IMG/VR virus record: IMGVR_UViG_3300035686_000005 | Coordinates: 1-64,000 of that record | DNA: 64,000 nucleotides | From: a virus | Reading direction: 5' to 3' (one strand) | Shown: positions 1 through 7,530 of the stretch, piece by piece | Numbering within the stretch: the first letter of the stretch is position 1 | Layout: each line of letters begins with the position of its first letter | Translations under genes and position numbers: made by a program | The notes under the pieces: generated by a model | Seen by the model: the letters and a program-made list of their open reading frames with translations, nothing else | The model's database searches: none | What the model was told of the DNA's origin: nothing

Positions 1-17
1 TAGTAGTATTATTATAA

Positions 18-452
18 TTGTTGGCAATCAAAGTAATGGATAAACACATTATTACTTTCAAGTATAAGGGAGAAGTGATGCAGACTAGAGCATGTCTGCA
101 TTCTGACGATTTTATCTGGGTAGAAAATCATCCAGATTATCAGGAAGATTATTTGGCTTGTGACCTAGATGACTTTTACGAAAAATTAACCGACATTGCC
201 CCAAAGAATTACCACACAACGTCTGAGCTGAGAGTTGTTCCTAACGGCTATCTGATTGGTATCGGTCATTACTTATCAGAACAAGCAAAACAAATCCTCG
301 ATATGTCCTCTGATAGTGAGGGTATTGAGTTATGCAATTTTCTTTATCCGGTCATGTCTGCAATAGAAGCGCTCAAACATTACGGATTAACCAATGCAGA
401 GATCAGGGAAGTCATAAAGAAAGTTTACAAAAAAGAGTTAAGTCTTTTTTAA
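18..452 (+). CDS. hypothetical protein
   Basis: 144-aa ORF (TTG at 18, first ATG at 36); followed by motif 458-470 and a hairpin terminator. Confidence 0.6.
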   Translation: MLAIKVMDKHIITFKYKGEVMQTRACLHSDDFIWVENHPDYQEDYLACDLDDFYEKLTDIAPKNYHTTSELRVVPNGYLIGIGHYLSEQAKQILDMSSDSEGIELCNFLYPVMSAIEALKHYGLTNAEIREVIKKVYKKELSLF

Positions 453-457
453 CCCTC

Positions 458-470
458 TAAAGTAACTTTA
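458..470. repeat. TAAAGTWACTTTA copy (W=A)
   Basis: perfect 13-mer, 5 nt after the stop of 18-452 and before hairpin 477-498. Confidence 0.95.
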
Positions 471-476
471 CGGAAT

Positions 477-498
477 ACCCCCAGCAATGGGGGTTTTT
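477..498 (+). terminator. intrinsic terminator
   Basis: ACCCCC-AGCAAT-GGGGGT stem-loop followed by TTTTT. Confidence 0.7.
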
Positions 499-501
499 AA
501 T

Positions 502-519
502 TTGTAGCCATTCTAATAT
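502..519 (+). promoter_or_regulatory. promoter-like box TTGTAG-N6-TAATAT
   Basis: directly follows a terminator T-run; the 19-mer TTGTAGCCATTCTAATATA recurs at 16922-16940; the -10-like hexamer ends 39 nt before ATG 559. Confidence 0.45.
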
Positions 520-534
520 ATTGTGTTATACTTA

Positions 535-547
535 TAAAGTAACTTTA
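535..547. repeat. TAAAGTWACTTTA copy (W=A)
   Basis: perfect; 11 nt upstream of ATG 559. Confidence 0.95.
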
Positions 548-558
548 AACGTTGTTCC

Positions 559-978
559 ATGCCTAAGAAATACAATAACGGTCATGTTTTCACTACTGAA
601 GCTGGGGAGATAATTCTCATGCAACGGCTTGACAACCATTCTCCTGCTAGAGGCATATTCAAATGTTATTGCAAAAAGAAGTTTGAATCGTATATACACA
701 GTGTTTCATCTGGAGACACTAAAAGCTGTGGTTGCTACAAGAAAAAATTGCTGTCTTATGTGGGGAAAATGAACAAATTTCGAGTAAAGTACAAACCGAA
801 TCAGACAATCAAAAATAATTTCGGCACTATTAAATTTCTCAGCAGGAATAAAGATAATAATGATTTGGGTACTTTCAAATGTTTTTGTGGTAAAAAGTTT
901 GAAGGGAATATATCCTCAGTATTTACAATGCGTAAACAATCTTGTGGTTGTATTCGAGGTTCAGGAAGCGTAAAGTAA
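559..978 (+). CDS. tandem zinc-ribbon protein (two CxC...CGC modules)
   Basis: GIFKCYCKKKFE..SCGC and GTFKCFCGKKFE..SCGC repeats; the same module opens ORF 1975-2427; stop TAA is the centre of motif 971-983. Confidence 0.65.
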   Translation: MPKKYNNGHVFTTEAGEIILMQRLDNHSPARGIFKCYCKKKFESYIHSVSSGDTKSCGCYKKKLLSYVGKMNKFRVKYKPNQTIKNNFGTIKFLSRNKDNNDLGTFKCFCGKKFEGNISSVFTMRKQSCGCIRGSGSVK

Positions 979-983
979 CTTTA
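971..983. repeat. TAAAGTWACTTTA copy (W=A)
   Basis: perfect; central TAA is the stop of 559-978. Confidence 0.95.
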
Positions 984-1049
984 GAAATCAGAAAATCCCT
1001 CTACCAAAAATAGAGGGATCGTAAAACATTCAATTCAATACTAACAGAC

Positions 1050-1868
1050 ATGAAGACATCAAACACAACAAAAGCTAAACCTTTCATTAAGTGGGTAGGT
1101 GGCAAGGGGAAAATGCTAGAGCAATATGAACGCTTTTTTCCTAACAAGTATGACCGATACTTTGAGCCGTTTCTAGGTGGAGGTTCTGTTTTCTTCCACA
1201 TCGAACCCGATAGGGCAGTACTTAGCGACATCAATAAAGACTTGATATTTGCATACTTAGCAGTAAGGGATAACCCGGATCTGTTGATGGAGCTACTTGA
1301 CAAACATCTAGCCAATCATGATGCAGATTACTTCAAAAACACAAGAAGGACACATTACAGAACGGACATAGAAAAAGCAGCAAAGTTCGTTTACCTAAAC
1401 AAGACTTGCTTTAATGGTCTTTACCGGGAAAATAAAAAAGGAGAGCTAAACTCCCCATTAAACAAAGATTTCAACGGCAACCTTTACAATCGCCAAAATA
1501 TAGAGTATTGCTCAACAGCTTTGCAAGATGTTGACATAAGGTGTTGTGCCTTTGGGGAAGCTTTACTTAGTGTAAGACGGGGCGATTTTGTCTACCTCGA
1601 TCCTCCATACGATCCGGTATCCAAAACTAGTAATTTTGTGTCCTATAGTGCTGATGGATTTGACAGCATTAATCAGAAGACTCTCAGAGATGCGGTTATA
1701 TGCCTCTCAGACATGGGTGTAAAGGTGATGCTGTCCAATTCTGATACCCCTTTAATCAGGGAGCTGTACAAGCGATTCTCGATACATGAGGTTAAATCTC
1801 CGAGGTCGGTTAACTCAGTCGGAACCAAGAGAGGCAAGATATCAGAGTTACTGATTACCAACTACTAA
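1050..1868 (+). CDS. dam: N6-adenine DNA methyltransferase, Dam/D12 class
   Basis: KWVGGKGKML N-terminus, SAM-binding EPFLGGGSVFF, catalytic DPPY (VYLDPPYDP); stop TAA is the first triplet of motif 1866-1878. Confidence 0.85.
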   Translation: MKTSNTTKAKPFIKWVGGKGKMLEQYERFFPNKYDRYFEPFLGGGSVFFHIEPDRAVLSDINKDLIFAYLAVRDNPDLLMELLDKHLANHDADYFKNTRRTHYRTDIEKAAKFVYLNKTCFNGLYRENKKGELNSPLNKDFNGNLYNRQNIEYCSTALQDVDIRCCAFGEALLSVRRGDFVYLDPPYDPVSKTSNFVSYSADGFDSINQKTLRDAVICLSDMGVKVMLSNSDTPLIRELYKRFSIHEVKSPRSVNSVGTKRGKISELLITNY

Positions 1869-1878
1869 AGTAACTTTA
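1866..1878. repeat. TAAAGTWACTTTA copy (W=A)
   Basis: perfect; first TAA is the stop of dam. Confidence 0.95.
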
Positions 1879-1888
1879 TGGACGGTTC

Positions 1889-1916
1889 GCTCACTCAGCA
1901 ATGGGTGAGCTTTTTT
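1889..1916 (+). terminator. intrinsic terminator
   Basis: GCTCAC...GTGAGC stem followed by TTTTTT. Confidence 0.65.
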
Positions 1917-1974
1917 CCGGATATTGTTTTTAATTCTTGTATATTAAATAGTAGTAATTATAAAAAGTAAGGCA

Positions 1975-2427
1975 ATGGGAATCAAACCAAATCAATACAA
2001 ACCAAATCAAGTTTTTGAAACAAAAGGAGGATTAATCACGCTTATAAAGGCATACGAATATAATGGCATTTCGAGGAATGGACTTTTTATGTGTTACTGC
2101 AAAAAATTATTTGAGGCTAGTATTAACAATGTAAAAATTAAAAAAACAAATTCTTGTGGATGTCTGAAAAAAACTAATCCAGGAAGACCAAAAAAAGAAA
2201 ATTCACTTATCAGACATCCCTTGTACCGTAAATGGTTTGAAATCAAAAACAAACCAGATTCATACCCAATGTGGATCGCTAGCTTTGAAGATTTTATTAG
2301 GGATGTAAAATACGAATTAGGAGATGATTACATTGAAAAAAATGTATCGATAACTCGGATAGATGAACGTATTGGTTATGAACCGGGCAACATAAAACCT
2401 GGTAGGAAAGCTAAACAGCAACAATAA
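1975..2427 (+). CDS. zinc-ribbon plus AP2-like DNA-binding protein
   Basis: GLFMCYCKKLFE..SCGC module followed by HPLYRKWFEIKN...ITRIDERIGYEPGN, a pattern I associate with AP2-type DNA-binding domains of homing-endonuclease-like proteins. Confidence 0.55.
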   Translation: MGIKPNQYKPNQVFETKGGLITLIKAYEYNGISRNGLFMCYCKKLFEASINNVKIKKTNSCGCLKKTNPGRPKKENSLIRHPLYRKWFEIKNKPDSYPMWIASFEDFIRDVKYELGDDYIEKNVSITRIDERIGYEPGNIKPGRKAKQQQ

Positions 2428-2437
2428 AGTAACTTTA
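2425..2437. repeat. TAAAGTWACTTTA copy (W=A)
   Basis: perfect; first TAA is the stop of 1975-2427. Confidence 0.95.
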
Positions 2438-2450
2438 GATCCGGTTTGAG

Positions 2451-2476
2451 GCTTACTCAGAAATGGGTGAGCTTTT
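2451..2476 (+). terminator. intrinsic terminator
   Basis: GCTTAC...GTGAGC stem followed by TTTT; loop resembles that of 1889-1916. Confidence 0.55.
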
Positions 2477-2577
2477 CTGTATTTATCTGTAGCGAAATTG
2501 CCATATAATAGAAAGAAGCGCTCTGAGACAATCCTCTCAAAGCGCCCCGACAAAATAATTATTTTCTGCTGAAAACA

Positions 2578-2889
2578 ATGCCCGAAAGTCAATCCCCGCT
2601 AAAATTTACTAAGCTTGCAACAGGTACAGACTTAGATGCCTGGACTTTTGTGAGCAAGGGTTCTCCTGTAGGTGTCTGGGAGAAGCTTGGATATGTAGCT
2701 AAATTGGATGCCATCCAGTCTCATGGCAATAGAAGAGCAAAGGCAAAAATTAGAAGTAATTCATGCTGGGTTGCTTCTCTTACCGCCAAGTCCACCGAAC
2801 TTTTGCCGGAGGAAGGATACGACTGTGGCGTTGGAAAATATCAAACTCGCAGAGAAGCAGCCGAGCGTCTTCTCGTTGCAAGTCAGTGA
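2578..2889 (+). CDS. hypothetical protein
   Basis: 103-aa ORF in a co-oriented block; motif 2926-2938 and hairpin 2941-2971 lie downstream. Confidence 0.5.
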   Translation: MPESQSPLKFTKLATGTDLDAWTFVSKGSPVGVWEKLGYVAKLDAIQSHGNRRAKAKIRSNSCWVASLTAKSTELLPEEGYDCGVGKYQTRREAAERLLVASQ

Positions 2890-2925
2890 TTGTTCTTGCT
2901 TTACCTGACAGAAAAATCCCAAACA

Positions 2926-2938
2926 TAAAGTAACTTTA
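2926..2938. repeat. TAAAGTWACTTTA copy (W=A)
   Basis: perfect; intergenic, just before hairpin 2941-2971. Confidence 0.95.
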
Positions 2939-2940
2939 TC

Positions 2941-2971
2941 AATCCTGTTCACAAGACAGGATTATTTATTT
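2941..2971 (+). terminator. intrinsic terminator
   Basis: AATCCTGT...ACAGGATT 8-bp stem, T-rich tail. Confidence 0.6.
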
Positions 2972-2974
2972 GTA

Positions 2975-3001
2975 TTGACAATAGTTAAAATCTGGTATAA
3001 T
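2975..3001 (+). promoter_or_regulatory. sigma70-like promoter with extended -10
   Basis: TTGACA-N15-(TGG)TATAAT. Confidence 0.55.
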
Positions 3002-3091
3002 AGAGAAACACCCCTCAACTCTTGACCAAGCAGGGGTGTTTGTTAACCAATCGAAGGTAAAACCTTCATTACTTAAAGGATAGCAACAATC

Positions 3092-3787
3092 ATGACATTT
3101 GACTACAACCAGTATCAACAAGACGCAATTGATAGTAAGGAGAATCCTTTACCTAAAAAGCTTCTGCCAGGGTTTGACCGTGTTGGAATTGACATAGAGG
3201 TGTTCGCGTTACCGGGTCTTGAAACTGACCATAAGCGGTACATCTTGAGCCAAAGAAGTTTAACTTCGGTCGTAAAAAAGAGCCACACTTCAACTGCTAA
3301 CTTTTTTAGTTCTGATGAGTTTAAAAGTGTTTTTGGAAATAGTTTTACACCTTTAGAATTTTATGTAAAAAAATGTAATTCTTCAATACTAGGAATACCT
3401 TTAGAAGTTGCCATTATATATTGGACGAGACAAGCATATAAAGGAAACAAAGCTGCCCAAGATATTATTGATACTTTAATAGGGATTAAATTAGATAAAG
3501 TAAAAACTAAAAGAAAGCCCCCAAAAACTGCAAGTAAAGGTTTTATATACTTTATCTCTAATGGCAGTTCTGTTAAAGTAGGCTTTTCAAAACAGCCAGA
3601 AAGACGTTTATCGGATTTACAAACAGCACACAATAAAAAATTAGAACTTTTGGAAACTATTAAAGCTGAGCATAAAATAGAAAAAATGTTTCATACAAAA
3701 AATAAACACATAGCTTTATCGGGTGAGTGGTATCCCATAGAAAAGTTGGAAGTTATCAGACAGGAAATACAGAGTCTATTGTTATAA
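3092..3787 (+). CDS. T5orf172 (GIY-YIG-superfamily-like) domain protein
   Basis: C-terminal GFIYFISNGSSVKVGFSKQPERRLSDLQT...GEWY fits the T5orf172/MUG113 pattern; extended -10 promoter at 2975-3001. Confidence 0.6.
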   Translation: MTFDYNQYQQDAIDSKENPLPKKLLPGFDRVGIDIEVFALPGLETDHKRYILSQRSLTSVVKKSHTSTANFFSSDEFKSVFGNSFTPLEFYVKKCNSSILGIPLEVAIIYWTRQAYKGNKAAQDIIDTLIGIKLDKVKTKRKPPKTASKGFIYFISNGSSVKVGFSKQPERRLSDLQTAHNKKLELLETIKAEHKIEKMFHTKNKHIALSGEWYPIEKLEVIRQEIQSLLL

Positions 3788-3837
3788 CGATATGGACGCC
3801 GATTCCGGTTGTGTTGATTGGCGGAAAGAGTAAACGC

Positions 3838-3850
3838 TAAAGTAACTTTA
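3838..3850. repeat. TAAAGTWACTTTA copy (W=A)
   Basis: perfect; intergenic, before hairpin 3858-3882. Confidence 0.95.
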
Positions 3851-3857
3851 GAAAATA

Positions 3858-3882
3858 CCCCCTCAAATCGAGGGGGCTTTTT
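3858..3882 (+). terminator. intrinsic terminator
   Basis: CCCCCTC-AAATC-GAGGGGG followed by CTTTTT. Confidence 0.7.
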
Positions 3883-3922
3883 ATTGCAGACATGCATTGC
3901 AGACATCAGCCATTGCAGACAT
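3883..3922 (+). repeat. three direct copies of ATTGCAGACAT
   Basis: copies at 3883-3893, 3896-3906 and 3912-3922; the third encodes the C-terminus of 3906-4742. Confidence 0.85.
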
Positions 3923-4742
3923 ACTTGCCAAGCAACGCTTTAAGCTTTGCAACTTCCGTCTCTAAGTCTGCATTAGATTTTTTCAAGTCTGCATTCTCAG
4001 CTTCTAATTCCCGTATTCTTTGCAGATTCCTTGCACCCGTGTTGTGACAGCCAGGATATCGTATTTCGTCTGGATACCTGTGATGAAGTTCCTCTACTGC
4101 CTTGTACACAAACTTTTGGGTTAAGTCCCTATCGTTTGCAATTTCCAACGATCGCCTCCATGCCATTCTAAGCAAGTCAATCTTGCGTCTTGTTGGTTCT
4201 ACTTCTTGAGGTTTTCGATATTGGTTGCCAGGTATCGTCTGATAGACCTCGATTGCATTCAGGGGGAAGAGGACATACATTCCATAACTACAGATTGGCA
4301 AGCCTAGCAGGTTCTCATATCTGGCACTCATCCGTTCTGAGAAATAAGCGCTCAGGTGATGCTTTGGTAACTCGTGTTTACAGAAGTCTTTAAAAGAATT
4401 GTATTCCAATGCTTGCCAGCCGCCTAGTAATTCAATTTCCCATAGAATGGATCGTCTAGTTTTCCACAGTTTTTCCTTATGTTTTTTATCTTCTTCTTCA
4501 GCTGTTTTTAGTTTTGTTACCAGCTTTTCAACTTTTTTCTTAATGGCAATTCCGATTTTAACAGGTTCTTTTTTACAAAATCCTCCGTTTGCTTCTCTTG
4601 ATGCGCTTTGCAATACTGCTGCTTGATGAGCTGTTACAGTAACGCTTCCAAGAGTTTTTTCTAATTCTGATGTGTCTAGTTTGGTATAAGAACTTAACTG
4701 ATCGACAGGTGCTTTATATACTTTAATACTGCCAGGTTTCAT
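3906..4742 (-). CDS. hypothetical protein with C-terminal coiled coil (possible regulator)
   Basis: 278-aa lone minus-strand gene, divergent from 4803-5045; heptad-like IRELEAENADLKKSNADLETEVAKLKALL. Confidence 0.6.
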   Translation of the reverse strand: MKPGSIKVYKAPVDQLSSYTKLDTSELEKTLGSVTVTAHQAAVLQSASREANGGFCKKEPVKIGIAIKKKVEKLVTKLKTAEEEDKKHKEKLWKTRRSILWEIELLGGWQALEYNSFKDFCKHELPKHHLSAYFSERMSARYENLLGLPICSYGMYVLFPLNAIEVYQTIPGNQYRKPQEVEPTRRKIDLLRMAWRRSLEIANDRDLTQKFVYKAVEELHHRYPDEIRYPGCHNTGARNLQRIRELEAENADLKKSNADLETEVAKLKALLGKYVCNG

Positions 4743-4802
4743 GTTTTCCTTTGGATGCTATTTTAATATATAATATCAAAATATGAATTGTAAGGTGTGG
4801 AT

Positions 4803-5045
4803 ATGTTTCATAGGAAAAATGAACAGGCATACGACAAAATCATAGAAATAATCAAGACAAACGGCAGTGCAAGCCGATACGAGTTTCTAGAAAAAACGGG
4901 ACTCCCCAAGAGTACTCTAGACACAATGCTTCAACGATTGCGATATGAGAATAAGATTACTTATTACAACCATACGGAACTCAGGAATGCAGGTTTTAGA
5001 AGATGTAAAAAAACTGTTAGGCGGTATACCCTAAAAAATCAATAA
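4803..5045 (+). CDS. small winged-helix-like DNA-binding protein
   Basis: ATG 4803 has AAGG 7 nt upstream (ORF track starts at GTG 4797); SRYEFLEKTGLPKSTLDTMLQRLRYENKI; stop TAA is the first triplet of motif 5043-5055. Confidence 0.5.
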   Translation: MFHRKNEQAYDKIIEIIKTNGSASRYEFLEKTGLPKSTLDTMLQRLRYENKITYYNHTELRNAGFRRCKKTVRRYTLKNQ

Positions 5046-5055
5046 AGTAACTTTA
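5043..5055. repeat. TAAAGTWACTTTA copy (W=A)
   Basis: perfect; first TAA is the stop of 4803-5045; 7 nt upstream of the -35 at 5063. Confidence 0.95.
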
Positions 5056-5062
5056 GAGGTGC

Positions 5063-5091
5063 TTGACACAATCAAAAATACGTATTAGCAT
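5063..5091 (+). promoter_or_regulatory. sigma70-like promoter
   Basis: TTGACA-N17-TAGCAT. Confidence 0.55.
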
Positions 5092-5118
5092 TGAATACAT
5101 ACACAACAAACAAAACAA

Positions 5119-5307
5119 ATGGATACACAAAAAAGTAAGAAATCTGATCCTCATCCTACAAGTGTCAGAATTAAAAGACATGTTTATGAGGCGTTAGTGG
5201 AAATTAGTAAATCTGATAATAGAAGTATTAATGTTCTGTTAAATATGGCGGCTGAAGAGTTCATAAAAAACAATAAATATAAAGTACCAAGAGTTATAAT
5301 TGAGTAA
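5119..5307 (+). CDS. ribbon-helix-helix (CopG/Arc-like) protein
   Basis: TSVRIKRHVYEALVEISKSDNRSINVLLNMAAEEF has a beta-strand/helix/helix layout; TTGACA-N17-TAGCAT promoter at 5063-5091. Confidence 0.5.
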   Translation: MDTQKSKKSDPHPTSVRIKRHVYEALVEISKSDNRSINVLLNMAAEEFIKNNKYKVPRVIIE

Positions 5308-5330
5308 TAACTCCATGTATTTAGTACTGA

Positions 5331-5363
5331 GCGCTGATTCACACGATTCGGCGCTTTTATTTT
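5331..5363 (+). terminator. intrinsic terminator between convergent genes
   Basis: GCGCTGA...TTCGGCGC stem followed by TTTTATTTT. Confidence 0.55.
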
Positions 5364-5364
5364 A

Positions 5365-5377
5365 TAAAGTAACTTTA
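5365..5377. repeat. TAAAGTWACTTTA copy (W=A)
   Basis: perfect; last TTA is the minus-strand stop of 5375-6064. Confidence 0.95.
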
Positions 5378-6064
5378 GATAAAACCAAACAGATCAGTAT
5401 AGTCCAATTCGATCGCTCTGTTCGAAGTTCCTAAAGATTTAGCAACGCTGTATTGTTGCCCGATAGGATTAGATGATGGAATATTTGAAGCTGGCAACAC
5501 CTCAACAAAATTACCATTTGATGTTAACTGGCAACCTATACGAACAACTCCAGTATTGAGTGCTTGAATGTATGCTTTAACCCATGTGTTGGCTGTTAGC
5601 GTTCCGATTGCTAAAGAAGTATTAGCACCGTTATTTGAACAGACACCATACAGAATATTATCAGAATTATTTAAAGACAGATAAATACCATTAGTTGGTA
5701 TAGCTGCAATGATACTATTACCAAAACCTAAAATCCATTGTGTTGTTTGAGTGTTATCTCCTATTGTGGGAATTCTAAATTTAAATCTAAGTAGCCAATT
5801 AAAATTAGCTGAATTATTTGCACCTATGAGGAGATTAGAAGGTGAGTGTACGCTAGCATAACCCGTAGATGTTGTCCCACACGTAATCCTTGCAATTCCT
5901 GGTATAGAAAGAATAGGGGCAAGTCTTACGACTGATGCACCCGTACCAGAAATAACATTGAGCAATCCTGTGCTAAATCCTAGTGAGGGATCGCCCAGAA
6001 AATGCTCAGTTATTCGATATCTTCGATCTAATTCATCAAGGACTAATTGCTTTTCTCTAAACAT
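5375..6064 (-). CDS. hypothetical protein (virion-like composition)
   Basis: 229-aa Asn/Ser/Thr/Gly-rich ORF; first of three co-oriented minus-strand genes inside the + block; stop lies in motif 5365-5377. Confidence 0.6.
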   Translation of the reverse strand: MFREKQLVLDELDRRYRITEHFLGDPSLGFSTGLLNVISGTGASVVRLAPILSIPGIARITCGTTSTGYASVHSPSNLLIGANNSANFNWLLRFKFRIPTIGDNTQTTQWILGFGNSIIAAIPTNGIYLSLNNSDNILYGVCSNNGANTSLAIGTLTANTWVKAYIQALNTGVVRIGCQLTSNGNFVEVLPASNIPSSNPIGQQYSVAKSLGTSNRAIELDYTDLFGFI

Positions 6065-6073
6065 TATTCAAAC

Positions 6074-6787
6074 CTACTCAAAGCTTGAATAGGCGGCTAT
6101 CACATTGTCGTCAGTTGTCAAACTATATCCCGCATTCGTCGCATTCCAAGTAATAGTTTTACCTGAAATGCTGAATTTTGCCGATGCACCTCCCAAAGAT
6201 GTAATGATTTGTCCATTCACATACAACCGGACTGTAGCGGGTACGCTGGGCGTTTTAGCTAGTGCTGCTAAAGTGTTTGTTGCGGTAACAGTAAGCAACT
6301 CTAACGAAAATGTCCCTGCGCCCGAAACTTTTGGATCTTGGCTGATTATCTTTGTAGGAATTGCGATCGCATAATCAGCCGGAAGTCTAGCCGCATCGTA
6401 TCGATAGTTAAAATCGATATCAATTGCGTTAGCCGATCCGAAACTGTAAGCGGTTTCAGTTCCGTTTACTGAAGTGAAGAACGTTACCGTGTATACACCC
6501 GCAGCTTCTGTAAGCCTACCGTATACCTCGTTACCGTTAGTATCGGTATACTTCATTTTTGTGGCGTTACTTTGAACTTGGACTAGGTTATTTGTCCCTG
6601 TTGTGATCACACCTACCGAGTCTTCATCAGCCGACACTTGTACAGGAACTGCGACACCTTTACGCCCAGCCGTTGATAATGCTGTGGTCAAAGCTGCCGT
6701 TATATTTTGCGATCCTCCTGTGACATTAGTATTCGCAATCCGGATATTTCCGGATAAAATCCAGTTAAGCTGCTTTGACTTAATCAT
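6074..6787 (-). CDS. hypothetical protein (virion-like composition)
   Basis: 237-aa Thr/Ala/Gly/Asn-rich ORF; overlaps the upstream gene by 4 nt. Confidence 0.6.
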   Translation of the reverse strand: MIKSKQLNWILSGNIRIANTNVTGGSQNITAALTTALSTAGRKGVAVPVQVSADEDSVGVITTGTNNLVQVQSNATKMKYTDTNGNEVYGRLTEAAGVYTVTFFTSVNGTETAYSFGSANAIDIDFNYRYDAARLPADYAIAIPTKIISQDPKVSGAGTFSLELLTVTATNTLAALAKTPSVPATVRLYVNGQIITSLGGASAKFSISGKTITWNATNAGYSLTTDDNVIAAYSSFE

Positions 6788-7362
6788 TGGTATACTACCT
6801 CTACAATATCAGTGTTGTCGAGAAACATCGGTCTTAGCCACGTTAAAGTTACTTTATCAATCCGATAATCGACGGGATAAAGCGCTTTAACTCCATTCAC
6901 AGTAAATAAACTTAAATGTGGTTTTGTTGGTTCTTTAGTCAAAACGAATACAGTCTGTCCTAGTTGAGGCACAAACATCTCCCTATAAGAGGGGGACACA
7001 ACACCCGTGTCAGGTTCATCAGGGTTGTTGTTTATGGGATCGAGAATTACTCCCCTAGCCCTAAGTGTTGCAAGATCTATGTCTGCATTGCTATCAGAGG
7101 GAAGAGTGAACAGGAACCCATCTTTTTTGTCACCTCTGAACACACATTTATACGTGGTGGGTAGTCCAGATTTTGATTCGTTACACCAAAGATTAGTTTC
7201 AAAAGTGCCATTAACGGCAGTCTTGACTATGAAAGTCTGTTGGGGGTAATTGGTTTTATTGTCACGGTCATAGCTGCCAGGATGTAGCCTGAATTCTATT
7301 TCCAGACCCCCCCAAGCTTCCCCATTAATTCGTTCGACCTTACCCTTGACTTTTCTTAGCAC
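6784..7362 (-). CDS. hypothetical protein
   Basis: 192 aa, GTG start; the 16-mer box shared with the capsid-operon leader lies 26 nt upstream; internal motif copy read DKVTLTW. Confidence 0.6.
   Translation of the reverse strand: MLRKVKGKVERINGEAWGGLEIEFRLHPGSYDRDNKTNYPQQTFIVKTAVNGTFETNLWCNESKSGLPTTYKCVFRGDKKDGFLFTLPSDSNADIDLATLRARGVILDPINNNPDEPDTGVVSPSYREMFVPQLGQTVFVLTKEPTKPHLSLFTVNGVKALYPVDYRIDKVTLTWLRPMFLDNTDIVEVVYQ
6844..6856. repeat. TAAAGTWACTTTA copy (W=T)
   Basis: perfect; inside 6784-7362, read K-V-T-L. Confidence 0.95.
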
Positions 7363-7443
7363 TTTTGATAATGGCTATCTACGCTTAAAATAACACTACG
7401 AACAGAGATTACAGATTGAGTATTTATACTTATCAAAAATTTC

Positions 7444-7456
7444 TAAAGTAACTTTA
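7444..7456. repeat. TAAAGTWACTTTA copy (W=A)
   Basis: perfect; in the divergent intergenic region 7363-7530. Confidence 0.95.
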
Positions 7457-7530
7457 GTAAAACACTTGCCATCCGAAACGAGAGTAGCTAATATAAATAC
7501 AGACAGTCAAAAACAAGGTAAGAGAGACAG

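Noticed and set aside
502-519. Sigma54-type promoter, suggested by the short spacing between TTGYAG and the downstream hexamer
   Set aside because: The sequence does not match GG-N10-GC, and no sigma54 or enhancer-binding protein is in the window. I report it only as an unusual promoter-like box.
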